A stretch of DNA of 64,000 nucleotides from Squalus acanthias (taxonomy: Eukaryota), in NCBI GenBank assembly GCA_030390025.1, contig JASTWF010000123.1, forward strand, positions 620,001 through 684,000, given 5' to 3'. The notes beneath the pieces are model-generated. The model was not told the origin of the DNA and made no database searches. It was given only the letters and a program-made list of their open reading frames with translations. The position numbers were made by a program, and so were the translations under genes. Of the stretch, positions 1 through 11,957 are shown one piece after another. How positions within the stretch are numbered: the stretch's first letter is position 1; every line of letters starts with the position of its first letter.

Positions 1-169
1 TCGATTCAGGAACAGGTGAATGTCGATGGATGTTATTTATATGGACTTCCAAAAGGCATTTGATCTGGACTGAATTGGAGTTATTGAGGTTAATTAACCT
101 ATTAAAACCAGACTTTTATTGTGGCCACGGTGAAATTCTGGTTGGTGTAAATTTGTGTGGACCTGCTAA

Positions 170-1608
170 ACACAGGCAAAATGAAGGCTGTATCAGACAG
201 AAGGAGGGCGGCTTGGGAAGCAGTATTGATACCCAAATACAAATCAGTCTAGATTATAAGGGAACACAGAGTCAACCCCGCAGAGGGAATGCTATCGGAG
301 GGTGGGGCACACGATTGTCAGTAATCGAAGAAGAGGTCAGAGGAACCGTATCAGAATCGCCCCTTGAAAATCCCCAAAACACCTTTTATGTAGATGGATC
401 TCGCCGATATATAAATGGGGAGCCACACACTGGTTGGGCAGTAGTATCCGAGAACGGAGAAACAGTCGCAAAGGGAGGGCTTGAAGGAGGAACCTCAGCG
501 CAGGTAGCAGAACTAGTGGCTCTCACGGAAGCATTGAAATTGGCAAAAGGAAAACGAGTAAATATATACACAGACAGTAGATATGCGTTTGGGGTAGTGC
601 ATGATTATATGATAGCGTGGAATAGGAGAGGATATGTAACCTCCGGAGGAGGACAAATACAGCATGAGGAGGTAGTGAGAGACCTAGTAGAAGCGGTAAA
701 AGGAGCAGAAGAGGTAGCAGTGATTAAAATAAAGGCACACCGTAAGATAGTGAGCGAGCAACAAAAAGGAAATATGCTAGCTGATCAGGCAGCAAGAGCA
801 GTGGCGGACACAGAGATGCCTACACCAATAGCAGTAGGTAGAATAACAGTAGAGGGAAGAAATACTGTTTAGTGATCATAGACCAGTTTACAAGGTGGGT
901 GGAAGCATTCCCCACCAGAGACTGTAGTGCTCAGACTGTGGCCCGAATATTTGCATACGACGTGATACGAGATGGGGGGTTCCGTTGCAAATAGATTCAG
1001 ATCAAGGTACCCACTTTATGGGAAAGGTAATGAAAGAAGCTTGTAAGTTACTGGGAGTAAGACAGAAGTTCCATATCCCCTATCATCCGCAAAGCTCAGG
1101 CATGGTAGAGCGAATGAACAGAACCCTGAAAACAGCCTTAAGTAAGGCCATAGCCGAAACCGGACAGGGATGGGTGGATGTCCTTCCGTGTATCCTGATG
1201 AGGCTGAGAGCCACCCCAAACAGGGTGACCGGACTGACACCATATGAACTCATGACTGGACGAGCAATGTGTCTGCCGGAAGGAGTAGCATCTGGTAGCG
1301 AGGGACTAGGACCCTTAAAAGATAAAATTAGGAAATACGTACAAACATTGGATAATCAATTGAAGGAGCTCAAACAAGAAATTAAAGAACAACAAGACAT
1401 CAGAGATAAAATTACACAAAAGCAGGGGGCCTCGGAGCCCCTACCCAAGGTGGGCGAGCAGGTATTTGTTAAAATATTGCCAGAGAGATCGGGATTCTCA
1501 CCTAGATGGACTGGACCATTTGAGGTTATCATGACCAGTGATACGTGCGCATGTATAGATATGAGGGGAAAAGGGAGATGGAAACATTGGACCCAATTAA
1601 AACGATAA
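170..1608 (+). pseudogene. pol: ERV pol 3' half (connection, RNase H, integrase), disrupted
   Basis: RNase H motifs FYVDGS, SAQVAELVAL, IYTDSRYAF, KIKAH and GNMLADQAA. Integrase YCLVIIDQFTRWVEAFP, IDSDQGTHF, PYHPQSSGMVERMNRTLK and PRWTGPF. Frameshifts present; the HHCC region is missing near 860. Confidence 0.92.
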
Positions 1609-1720
1609 AGCAATAACCCACCTGATCTTAAATCCCACAGGAACAATGGAATAAACACCGGAGATAAACTAACCTCTGGTGACGACCAGGCTTCTGCTTA
1701 ATTTACAGGGAAACTTCACC

Positions 1721-3513
1721 ATGAAGGTGGGATTACTGCTGGGAATCGTATGCAGCACGAAATAAGCGAAGGGACATCCCACATTACACGACAAGTACAT
1801 GATGAGGAAGCACCATGTTTTAATGGAACAATCACATTCGGAGTCTCATCCACGGCTCCCAATATACAGAAAGAAGAGACAAACGAACTGAGGATGCTAC
1901 AATGTCCAGATATGAAACCTGGACCTATGAATGGACTAGTATTACTTACCGAGGGAGAACAATTGTATGATAACGTGAGACACGAAATTGTACCGGTGCT
2001 AATGAACTTAACTATGTTACAATGGCCAGGATATTGTGAAAGGTTTACTAAAACTAGAGAATTATCTGCATATATGATAAAGAATGTAATTAATCAAGCT
2101 GCTGATGCGACAGGGGCCACTAGTTTCAAACATGCTGCATTCCACCAAGGATTAAGAGGAGCTTAGGAACCGATATACTCACGGGAATAAACACGGGGAC
2201 ATCATTCATTAATGCCCTAGATATACAAGGAGTCCAGAGTAGTGTGGAACGACTACAAAGGGTAATATAACAGATTTTAGAGAAGGAAACTGGTTTGGTT
2301 CGACAAGGATCAGAGTTGGGAGGACATACGATAAGGAAATTACTCGAGGGAATCAAGGTTATAGAGGACCATGCTAGCGTTATCAACAAACTAAACCATA
2401 GAGATGAGGAACAGACAGAAGATGGGGTAGGGCGAGGCGTGTGTCATGCCTATGGCCAATGGATTACCGGACAGTTAGAACATAATCTGGCACAGATACA
2501 GCAAGACGAGGTACCAGACTGGATTAACAGCACACAGCTCCATGGCATGAGCCAGAATCCAGGCCCTCTGAGTGCTTGCATCCTCAAAGGGATGACCAGA
2601 GTATATCCGGTGACACAAAAATGTAAAGCAGAAGTGACAGCAAAGATAGGCATGGTACTCCTGATACCAGTGGTGGGACTAGACACGACTCCATACCCAC
2701 AGTACCAGGTAACAAACATAGGCATAGTGAGGGGTGAGACATACCTCCAATACTATCCAATTGATACCTGTGCCATCAGAAAGAATGGTACTATGAGAGG
2801 AGTCTCCCTAAACGGATGCCACGGGAAAGGCACGCTTACGATATGCCCACATTCGGTAGGAGAAGGCCCGAAGGATGAGTGCGGCTATAATAAGACAGAG
2901 GGGTGTGTGTTGGAATTATCACATGTTGATCACCATCACACCCGCTCGGGATACAGAGGCGAAGGGGAGTATTGTATAGCCACCACAGAGACTGAGTACC
3001 AATATAGTAACCTTGTATGTGCAATCACAATGCCTAACTTTGCTTTACGCCAAAGATCCCTGTGACAATTGGACACACCAGATTGGTGTATGTACATTCA
3101 AGGGAGGAGATAAAACTAAATGTGACAGATAGTTTAAGGGACGAGTTGGTCAATTATGAAGATCCGGTAGGGGCCCCAATACCCCGCCTGCAAGAGGATC
3201 TGCAAGAAATGAAAGAGGATTTAAGTAAGATGGTGAAACAATACATAGTGTTGCAAAGGAATCTTGGGGAATTAGAAAAGGACATAGAGGTAGAGCTACA
3301 GGAAGTCCCGTGGTATGAGAAGCTGTGGGATTGGGGAATGAATGTCAACATACACCCATGGATCCGCATCATTTCTCATATATATTAGTGATAGTACAGT
3401 TAGTCATGGCTATAGGATGGGGAATAGCAGCATGCACCGCTTGTAAAAAGAAACGGACCAAACAAAGAGCTAAAGCGAGTCAGAAAGAGCTGGAAAACAC
3501 AAGGTTGCTCTAA
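1721..3513 (+). pseudogene. env: ERV envelope, class I fusion protein with Loki/paramyxovirus-F-like layout; frameshifted, stop at 2268
   Basis: Hydrophobic start MKVGLLLGIV after an acceptor-like TTTACAG. Furin site RIKR (2148-2159) followed by SLGTDILTGINTGTSFINAL, a heptad region, a Cys-rich middle, a second heptad, a W-rich membrane-proximal region, TM LVIVQLVMAIGWGIAAC and a basic tail. Confidence 0.85.
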
Positions 3514-3632
3514 ACATGATGGGTATGCAGGGCCTCCCGAACCAGCGACTGATCACCGCATGGAGCAGGAGGCACAGCGATGCTTATACATGTGGTTTAA
3601 CTTGGGCAGGGCCAAGTACCAGAAGGGGGGAT

Positions 3633-4143
3633 TGCAGTGGGGAAAGAGTTAAAATGACATCGCTGGCAGTTTCACTGAATAGTGTAAGAAAGACAGGTGC
3701 TACCATGAAGGGCCACATCTATAAAGATGGTCAAAGATAGCTGACCTTTGGAGAGATATAAAACAATTAAATGGAGACAGGATGTCCAGCATTTCAACTG
3801 CCCGTAAGAACTTTATTACCGAGGTCGCATTCCAAGGTATCTTTTAATGAGCATTCAGCAGTTTGAGTGATTGATTGAAGAGGCAGCTTATACATGTTTA
3901 TATTAAGATTCGTAACCAATCCGTGAAGGTGCATGCGGGCCAAGATCCAATCAGGTGGCAGGAATGAATTTAGCATGAGCCAGACATGCTTATTGTAATG
4001 TATAAAAATGTAGTGTTTGCTGTAACAATTTGGAGAAGTCTGGCTAAGACAGAGCAGACTGTTTCCCCACCGGTGTAATAAAGACAACTTGACTATCGAT
4101 CTAAAACCTTGTGTCGAGTGTTGGTTTAAAATACTCCACAACA
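3633..4143 (+). repeat. ERV LTR
   Basis: PPT AGAAGGGGGGA at 3621-3631, TG...CA ends, TATAAAA at 4001, AATAAA at 4077. Confidence 0.85.
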
Positions 4144-4145
4144 AT

Positions 4146-4163
4146 TGGCGTCACGAACAGGAT
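4146..4163 (+). promoter_or_regulatory. Primer binding site, tRNA-Ser(CGA)
   Basis: TGGCGTCACGAACAGGAT is the complement of the vertebrate tRNA-Ser(CGA) 3' end as I recall it; it lies 2 nt after the LTR. Confidence 0.85.
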
Positions 4164-4634
4164 CCACACGGACGGGAGACATTTGCCACAGTTTTGCCCA
4201 TTCACTTAATCTATTAATATCTCTTTGTAATTTTATGCTTCCATCTACACTGCTTACAATGCCACCTATCTTTGTGTCATCGGCAAACTTGGACATGTGG
4301 CTTTCTATGTCATCTAAGTCATTAATAAATATTGTGAATAGTTGAGGCCCCCTGTGGGACACCACTAGTCACATCCTGCCAATTTGAGTACCTGCCCATT
4401 ATCCCCACTCGCTGTCTCCTGTCACTCAGCCAATTTCCTAACCAGGTCAATGATTTGCCCTCAATTCCGTGGGCTTCAACTTTAGCTAACAGTCTCTTAT
4501 GAAGGACTTTATCAGATGCCTTCTGGAAGTCCATATAAATAACATCCATAGACATTCCCCTGTCCACTACTTTAGTCACCTCTTCAAAAAATCCAATGAG
4601 GATCGTCAGGTATGACCTACCCTTTACAAATCCA

Positions 4635-4763
4635 AAAGCAAAATACTGCGGGTGCTGGAAATCTGAAATAAAAACAGAAAATGCTGGAAATACTCAGCAT
4701 CTGTGGAGAGAGAAACACAGTTAACGTTTCAGGTCGATGACCTTTCATCTGAACTGGAAAAGG
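4635..4763 (-). mobile_element. Short Penelope terminal-repeat insertion
   Basis: Matches the end of the Penelope element at 15225; 12-bp direct repeat TTTACAAATCCA at 4623 and 4764. Confidence 0.75.
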
Positions 4764-5395
4764 TTTACAAATCCATGCTGGCTCTCTCTGATCAGCTGAA
4801 AATTTTCAAGCTGTTCAGTCTTTAATTATAGACTCTAGTAATTTCCCCACAACAGATGTTAGGCTAACTGGTCTATAATTCCCTGGTTTCCCTCTCTCAC
4901 CATTCTTAAATAGCGGAGTGACATGCGCAATTTTCCAATCTAAAGGAACGGTTCCCGAATCGCGAGAACGTTGAAAGATTATAATTAGGGCATCTGCAAT
5001 GTTCTCACCTACTTCCTTTAAAACACTGGGATGGAAACCATCTGGTCCTGGGGATTTCTCACTCTTTAGTGCCATTGTTTTCTTCATTACTGTTATTTAG
5101 CTTGCATTAATTTTTGTGAGTCCCCGGCCCTGATTCAATATTAGTTTCCTTGGGATGTCCGGCATGCTGTCCTCTTCCTCTACAGTAAATACTGACGGAA
5201 AGTAATTATTCAACATGTCCACCATTTTCTTATTTTCATTTACAGTATCACTGTGAGCAGTTTTCAAGGGGCCCACATTGCTCCTGACCACCCTCTTTTT
5301 CCTAATATAATTGTAAAATAAATTGTGTTGATTTTGATATCCCTTGCAAGTTTCTTTTCATACTCCCCTTTTGTAGCTCTTACTATCTGCTTTGT

Positions 5396-5633
5396 TGTGG
5401 CGGATCGCCACCTAAAACGGGCATAATCCACTCTTCCGTCTGTGGACAAATTTCCAGCACCTTCCCTTTAAGGCACCTTACCTTTAAGGCAGAAGGGGGC
5501 GGGGCCTCAGGTTTTACCCAGAGAATTCTGGGAGCTTTTCAGTCTGCCATTTTGTGCCATGCTGTGATTAAAAAGTCTCTTGTTTAACACAAATGGATTC
5601 AGCCTTAATTCGTGTTTCGCGGCAGCCACAACA
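5396..5633 (+). repeat. Gypsy 5' LTR
   Basis: TG...CA ends; direct repeat of 9505-9742. Confidence 0.95.
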
Positions 5634-5673
5634 TTGGTGACCCCGACGCTCAGAACGTATTCCGAGCACTGCA

Positions 5674-6666
5674 ATGGTGGACACGAACGCAGTTTCCGTG
5701 AAACTGCCGGAGTTTTGGGAAAACCAGCCCGAAGCCTGGTTTCTCCAAGCTGAATCTCGCTTCCGGCTGCGAAATATCACCACAGATGGGACGAAGTACG
5801 ACTATCTCGTCACATCACTCGGTAGCGCCGCAGTTTCCAAGGTTTGGACAACGCTGCAGAACCCACCAGAGGAAGGCAAGTACGCACATCTCAGGGCAGC
5901 GCTCCTTAAAAAATTTATGGCCTCGGCATATCAGCGAAACTGCCACCTCCTCGACCTTCCAGGCCTCGGTGATGCCTCACCGTCAGACCTCCTCTCCCAC
6001 ATGCTCTCCCTCACCGACGAGAGCCCACCCGGATCCCTCTTCCGCACGCTGTTCATCCGCCAGCTCCCTCTCAGCATCCGCCCAGCGATCGTGGCGTCCG
6101 GCCTCACGAACCTGGAAGCCCTGGCCGATGAGGCCGACAAGCTGCTGTCCGCTCACTCCAGCCGCGACGTCACTCCGGACCTGGCAGCCAATGCCTGGGC
6201 GCGCCCCTCACCATCCAGCACGCGGCCACAAGGGCCTGTCACCAGGACCACGGGGCCTTCACGCCCCACTAACCCGGGCCACTGTTACTACCATGCACGG
6301 TTCGGCGCCAGGGCACAAGGGTGCACACCTCCCTGCTTTTTCAATCCGCCCCTGTTCCAGCCCCCGCGATGGCCATGGGCCACGCGGGCTCCCTGCTGTT
6401 CGTCACGGATGACAAAACCAGCCGCTGGTTCCTGTGCGACACTGGGGCTCAGCACAGCATCATCCCGGCCTCCTCCCTCGACATCCAAAAGGGCGAACGA
6501 GGACCGGCGCTGGCTGCTGCTAACGGCTCGGAAATCCGGACGTATGGCACCCGGACAGTCACCCTCGACCTCGCTGGTCACCGCTACCGATGGGAGTTCA
6601 TCACTGCCAAGGTGCTCTCCCCCCTCATCGGCGCAGATTTCCTGTGCGCCCACGGCCTACTGGTAG
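5674..6666 (+). CDS. gag: Gypsy Gag with CHCC knuckle
   Basis: VKLPEFW...PEAWFLQAE N-terminus; CYYHARFGARAQGCTPPC; overlaps pol, which is in the -1 frame. Confidence 0.88.
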   Translation: MVDTNAVSVKLPEFWENQPEAWFLQAESRFRLRNITTDGTKYDYLVTSLGSAAVSKVWTTLQNPPEEGKYAHLRAALLKKFMASAYQRNCHLLDLPGLGDASPSDLLSHMLSLTDESPPGSLFRTLFIRQLPLSIRPAIVASGLTNLEALADEADKLLSAHSSRDVTPDLAANAWARPSPSSTRPQGPVTRTTGPSRPTNPGHCYYHARFGARAQGCTPPCFFNPPLFQPPRWPWATRAPCCSSRMTKPAAGSCATLGLSTASSRPPPSTSKRANEDRRWLLLTARKSGRMAPGQSPSTSLVTATDGSSSLPRCSPPSSAQISCAPTAYW

Positions 6667-9484
6667 ACATCCCTCGTCACCGCCTCGTGGACATGAACAC
6701 CATGTCCCCCATCCTGGGCGCCATGGCCCCCCGTCAACCCGCCGACATGGCGTCACAGTGCCACACCCAGGCCACGGATGACTACTCGGCACTCCTGGCC
6801 GAATTCCTGGCCCTTACCAATCCGACCTTCTCCGCGGAGGCCGCCAAACACGGGGTGGAACACTTCATCCCCACCACAGGCCCCCCAGTGTACGCCCACG
6901 CCCGCAGGCTGGACCCGGCCAAACTGGAGATCGCACGGACCGAGTTTGCCACCATGGAACAGCTCGGCATCATCCGCCGCTCCAACAGTCCCTGGGCCTC
7001 CCCACTCCACATCGCCCCCAAACCAGGCGGAGGTTGGCGCCCCTGCGGGGATTACCGCCGCCTCAATGACGCCACCACCCCTGATCGGTACCCCGTGCCG
7101 CACATTCAGGACTTCTCGGCTAGACTGGCCGGCCGCTCAGTCTTTTCCAAGGTCGACCTGGTGCGCGGCTACCACCAAGTCCCCGTCCACCCCGCGGACG
7201 TCCCCAAGACGGCCGTAATCACCCCCTTCGGCCTGTTCGAGTTCCTGCGGATGCCCTTCGGCCTCAAAAAAGCGGCCCAGGCATTCCAACGGCTCATGGA
7301 CTCGGTCCTTCGGGACCTGAAGTTTCTGTTCGTCTACCTGGACGACATCCTGGTAGCCAGTTCCTCCAAGCAGGAACACCTCGAACACCTTCGCATCCTG
7401 TTCGGGCGCCTCAGCGACCACGGGCTCATCCTCACCCCAGCCAAATGACAGTTCGGCCTGGACAAGATCGACTTCCTCGGCCACCACATCACCCATGCTG
7501 GGGCCATTCCCCTGCCCACCAAGGTGCAGGTCGTCCAACAATTTCCCCGCCCCACCACCATCAAAGGCCTCCAGGAGTTCCTCGGGATGGTGAATTTCTA
7601 TAACCGCTTCATCCCCAAAGCGGCGTCCCTCATGAGGCCCCTGTATGAAGCCCTCCGGGGCAGGAGCGGCAAGATGGCGGTCGAATGGACGGCAGACGCG
7701 TCCGCCGCCTTCGATTCCACCAAGACCGCGCTCGCCAAGCCACCCTGCTCACGCACCCACGGCCCAATGCCAGGGTAGCGCTCACCACGGACGCCTCCGA
7801 CCACGCGGTCGGCGCCGTGTATGAGCAGTGGGTCGATGGCACCTGGCAACCACTTGCCTTCTTCAGCCGCCAACTACGCCCCCCGGAGGTCAAGTACAGC
7901 ACCTTCGACCGCGAGCTCCTCGCGCTGTTCCTGGCGGTCCGCCAATTCCGGTTTTTGCTTGAGGGCCACCCCTTCACTGCGTTTGTCGACCACAAGCCCC
8001 TGACATTCGCAATGGCAAAGACAACCGACCCCTGGTCCGCCAGGCAGCAGCGCCAGCTCGCGGCAGTGTCCGAGTTCACCACGGACATCCAACACGTCTC
8101 CGGCCGAGACAATGTGGTAGCCGACTGCCTCTCCCGCCCCGCCATCCACGCCGCACACCTAGCAGTCGACTACGCTCAACTCGCAGCAGACCAGATCACC
8201 GACCCTGATCTGCTCTCCGCACCCACCAACCTACCAGGGCTACGCCTGGCCGACGTCGCCTGTGGCCCGACCGCAGTCACGGTCAAGTGCGACATATCCC
8301 TATGTCAACCTCGGCCCGTCGTCCCAGCGTCCTGGCGCCGCCGGGTATTCGACATTCTCCACAACCTCTCCCACCCCGGCGCCCGCGCATCCATCAAATT
8401 GGTAGCCAACCGCTTTGTCTGGCGCGGCCTTCGCAAGGATGTGCGTACTTGGGCCAACTCCTGCCTAGCCTGCCAACGGGCCAAGGTACAGCAACACACG
8501 AAAGCACCCCTCGAGGAGTTTACCGTCCCCTCGCGAAGATTCGACCACATCCACGTGGACATCGTCGGGCCCCTGCCGCCGTCGCAAGGCCACACGCACT
8601 TGCTGACCATCGTTGACCGCACCACACGCTGGCCTGAGGCAATTCCACTGACCTCTACCACCACCGCCGACATCGCCAGAGCCTTCGTCAGCACCTGGGT
8701 CGCACGGTTCGGCGTCCCCTCCGACATGACGTCGGACAGAGGTCCGCAATTTACCTCTGAACTCTGGACCGCCGTCGCACGCAATCTCGGGGTGACCATT
8801 CACCGCACCACAGCATACCACCCCCAAGCCAACGGACTGTGTGAGCGGTTCCACAGATCCTTGAAGGCATCTCTTCGAGCCAGCCTCCAAGACGGCGCCT
8901 GGACCGACCGACTTCCGTGGGTCCTCCTCGGCCTGCGCACCGTGGTTAAAGAAGACCTCCACGCATCGGCAGCAGAGCTCGTGTACGGTCAGCCGCAGCG
9001 CATACCCGGCGAGTTCCTGCCCACTGCCACGACACCCTGGTCAACCGACCAGCAACGCCACGACTTCGCCTCACCGGCGCTGCAGTTCGCCCCGGTGCCC
9101 ATTGCCCGACACGGCGAATCCACCTCACACGTCCCACTAAGCCTGCACCAGGCACGGTTTGTTTTCGTCCGGCACGACGCCCACCGCGGACCCCTTCAAC
9201 CCCCGTACGACGGGCCCTACAAGGTGCTACAGGCTGGGGACAAATTTTTCACCCTGCAAGTGGGTGACAGGACCGAAAAAGTGTCGGTTGACCGACTCAA
9301 GCCAGCACACTCGGAGCCCGGTGAGCAGGTCCCTGTAGCTCGTCCACCTCCACGCGGCCGACCTGCCCTCAAGCCGGTTCACCCGGCTGCTCCACGCCCG
9401 GCCGTTCCACGTCCACCGGCGTCCTACAAGAGCCGCTCCGGCCGGCCCATCAGACCGCCGCACCCTCTCGTCCACACCTCCTAA
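6321..9484 (+). pseudogene. pol: Gypsy Pol (PR-RT-RNase H-IN) with one stop (7446) and one frameshift (about 7740)
   Basis: LCDTGA, WASP, YLDD, TDAS, ELLA, H-H-C-C, SDRGPQF, NGLCERFH and GPY motifs. Confidence 0.92.
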
Positions 9485-9504
9485 GCGGATTCTGGGGGGA
9501 GCTG

Positions 9505-9742
9505 TGTGGCGGATCGCCACCTAAAACGGGCATAATCCACTCTTCCGTCTGTGGACAAATTTCCAGCACCTTCCCTTTAAGGCACCTTACCTTTAAGGCA
9601 GAAGGGGGCGGGGCCTCAGGTTTTACCCAGAGAATTCTGGGAGCTTTTCAGTCTGCCATTTTGTGCCATGCTGTGATTAAAAAGTCTCTTGTTTAACACA
9701 AATGGATTCAGCCTTAATTCGTGTTTCGCGGCAGCCACAACA
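9505..9742 (+). repeat. Gypsy 3' LTR
   Basis: Copy of the 5' LTR, followed by TTGT. Confidence 0.95.
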
Positions 9743-10119
9743 TTGTTGTCCTTTGTATCTTTCCCATTCGCCAGGACCTGTGCTATATTTGGCATTTTTG
9801 TCTGCTTTTACTTTTAGTTTTATGCTGTCCCTTACCTCTTTAGTTGTCCATGGCTTTTTGTTTTGGCAAGTAGAGCTCTTGCCCCTCAGGGGTATAAACT
9901 GGTTCTGTATCACGTTAAGTTTTGAACACCTCCCACTGATCTCCTGTTGCTTTGCCCATTAACAGATTTGCCCAGTTTACTGTGGACAGTCCCATTGAAG
10001 TCAGCCTCACCTAAATCTAGAAACTTAGCAGCTGTTTCGCATTTCTCCCTTTTAAACAGAATGTTGAACTCGATCATATGATCGCTATTAGATAAACGCT
10101 CACGCACCGTTAGGCTGTT

Positions 10120-10995
10120 AACATAGGAACATAAGCATTAGGAGCAGGAGTAGGCCATTCGGCCCCTCGAGCCTGCTCTGCCATTCAATAAGATCATGGC
10201 TGATCTTCGACTTCATCTCCATTCCCGCCCGATCCCCATATCCCTTGATTCCTCCAGAGTCCAAAAATCTATCTATCTCAGCCTTGAATATACTCAACGA
10301 TTCAACATTCACAGCCCTCGGGCAGAGAATTCCAAAGATTCACAACCCTCTGAGTGAAGAAATTCCTCCTCATCTCAGTCTTAAATGGCCGACCCCTTAT
10401 CCTGAGACTATGCCCCCTAGTTCTAGACTCTCCATCCAGGGAAAACAAGCTCTCAGCATCACCCTGTCAATCCCCCTCAGTATCTTATATGTTTCAATCA
10501 GATCACCTCTCATTCTTCTAAACTCCAGAGAGTATAGGCCCAATCTACTCAATCTCTCCTCATAGGACAGCCCTCTCATCCCAGGGATCAATCCAGTGAA
10601 CCTTCGTTGCACCGCCTCTAACGCATCTATGTCCTTCCTCAGATAAGGAGACCAAAACTGTGCACAGTACCCCAGGTGTGGTCTCACCAAAGCCCTGTAC
10701 AATATTAGTAAGACTTCCTTACTTTTGTACTTCAACCCCCTTGCAATAAAGACCAACATGCCATTTGCCTTCCTAATTGCTTGGTGTACCTGCATGCTAA
10801 CTCTCTGTGTTTCCTGTACGAGGACACCTAAATCTCTCTCAACACCAACATTTAATAGTTTCTCACCATTTAAAAAATATTCTGTTTTTCTATTCTTCCT
10901 ACCAAAGTGAATAACCTCACATTTCCCCCAAATGATACTCCATCTGCCAAGTTCTTGCCCACTCACTTAACCTGTCTATATCCCTTTGCAATCTC
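10120..10995 (-). mobile_element. CR1 3' fragment
   Basis: LVRPHL, RRMRGDLIE, 3' UTR and tail. Confidence 0.88.
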
Positions 10996-10998
10996 TTT

Positions 10999-11957
10999 GG
11001 GCACGATCTTGCCAGCCCTGGGGAGGCGGGTATGGAGGCGGGACTGCCGGGAAAATGGCAGAATTTGGGGGTGGGTGCCCAACCCGCCTCTGTGCTATCT
11101 TGCCAGGAGGCGGGTAGCCGACCCGCACCGGGTCCCTGTCTCCTAGTTAACAGGCAGATAAGAGGATTATCCCCATTTTACCCACACAAGTGCGGGCTTC
11201 CCGAAGGCTGTGAACCCCTCCAGGGTCACTGAAGCGAGCAGTGGGTCTGCGGGGGTCGGAGGGGTGCAAAAGTGAGCTGTGAAGGTAAGTGATGGGTGCA
11301 AGTGTGGAGAGGTGAGTGTGTGAGGTCAGTGCAAAGTGTTGGAAAGAGTTTACTTACCTTTGTTTCTTCCTGCAGGCTTCAAGAGTTGGGTGTGCGGAGA
11401 GTCTCGCACCTCCGCGGCAGAGATGACAGATTGCTGCTGCATTCTCCAATGCAGCAACCATCTAATTTCTGCTAAAGAAAGAGGTTTGATGAGTCTTGAC
11501 ATGAATCTGTCATTCATGAAAGAAAGACTTATGAAATAATACTGAGTGGCCTGCGGGTGGCGCTGTCCAGGGAGAGTATAAATACTCGGGCACGGGCCCA
11601 GCTTGCGCAGGACATTCTGACCAGGAACCAGTGAAGGACACAACTAGACCTCCATGTTGTAAAACAGTTGATTAAAGCTTTGTTTAACGCTTAGACCAAG
11701 TGCCTAGTAGTTTTCTTACGTCAAGTCTTGAATTCAAGAACTCATCAAACTACAGAGAATGTCAGTGTTTGACAGATGAAACGTCACTCGCTGACGTCAC
11801 CAGTAACCGGCTTTCCCTTAATTGGCCTGCTAAGCCTGCTGGGTGGGCTTAACAAGGTCAATCAAGGGAAAATAGCGTGGGTTGGCCACAAATCGATGGA
11901 GGCGGGACATCAACCCGACAAGCTGCAGTCCCGCTTCCAACGGGAGAAAATCACCCC
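10999..11957. mobile_element. Possible degraded Harbinger-like non-autonomous element containing a solo LTR
   Basis: Imperfect inverted ends GGGCACGATCTT / AAAATCACCCC resemble the other MITE ends in this window. Confidence 0.35.
11487..11747 (+). repeat. Solo LTR-like element
   Basis: TGATGAG...CTCATCA inverted ends, TATAAATA at about 11577, ATTAAA at 11671. Confidence 0.6.

Larger units (their letters stand above)
5396..9742 (+). mobile_element. Complete Ty3/Gypsy LTR retrotransposon, CsRN1-like
   Basis: 238-bp apparently identical LTRs, TTGT target-site duplication, tRNA-Trp PBS TGGTGACCCCGACG at 5635, PPT at about 9494, gag-PR-RT-RH-IN order. Confidence 0.96.
4177..10115 (-). mobile_element. 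Degraded CR1 LINE ORF2 split by Gypsy and Penelope-end insertions
   Basis: KSPGPDG, NYRPVSLTS, DFQKA and KFADDTK pieces at 4177-5395, continuing at 9743-10115. Confidence 0.85.

Noticed and set aside
30-170. N-terminal part of the 280-aa ORF as real protein
   Set aside because: Chimera of a CR1 fragment and off-frame sequence; only the RNase H part is meaningful.
5786-9520. Many overlapping and antisense ORFs
   Set aside because: Expected by chance in the GC-rich Gypsy interior; no recognisable domains.
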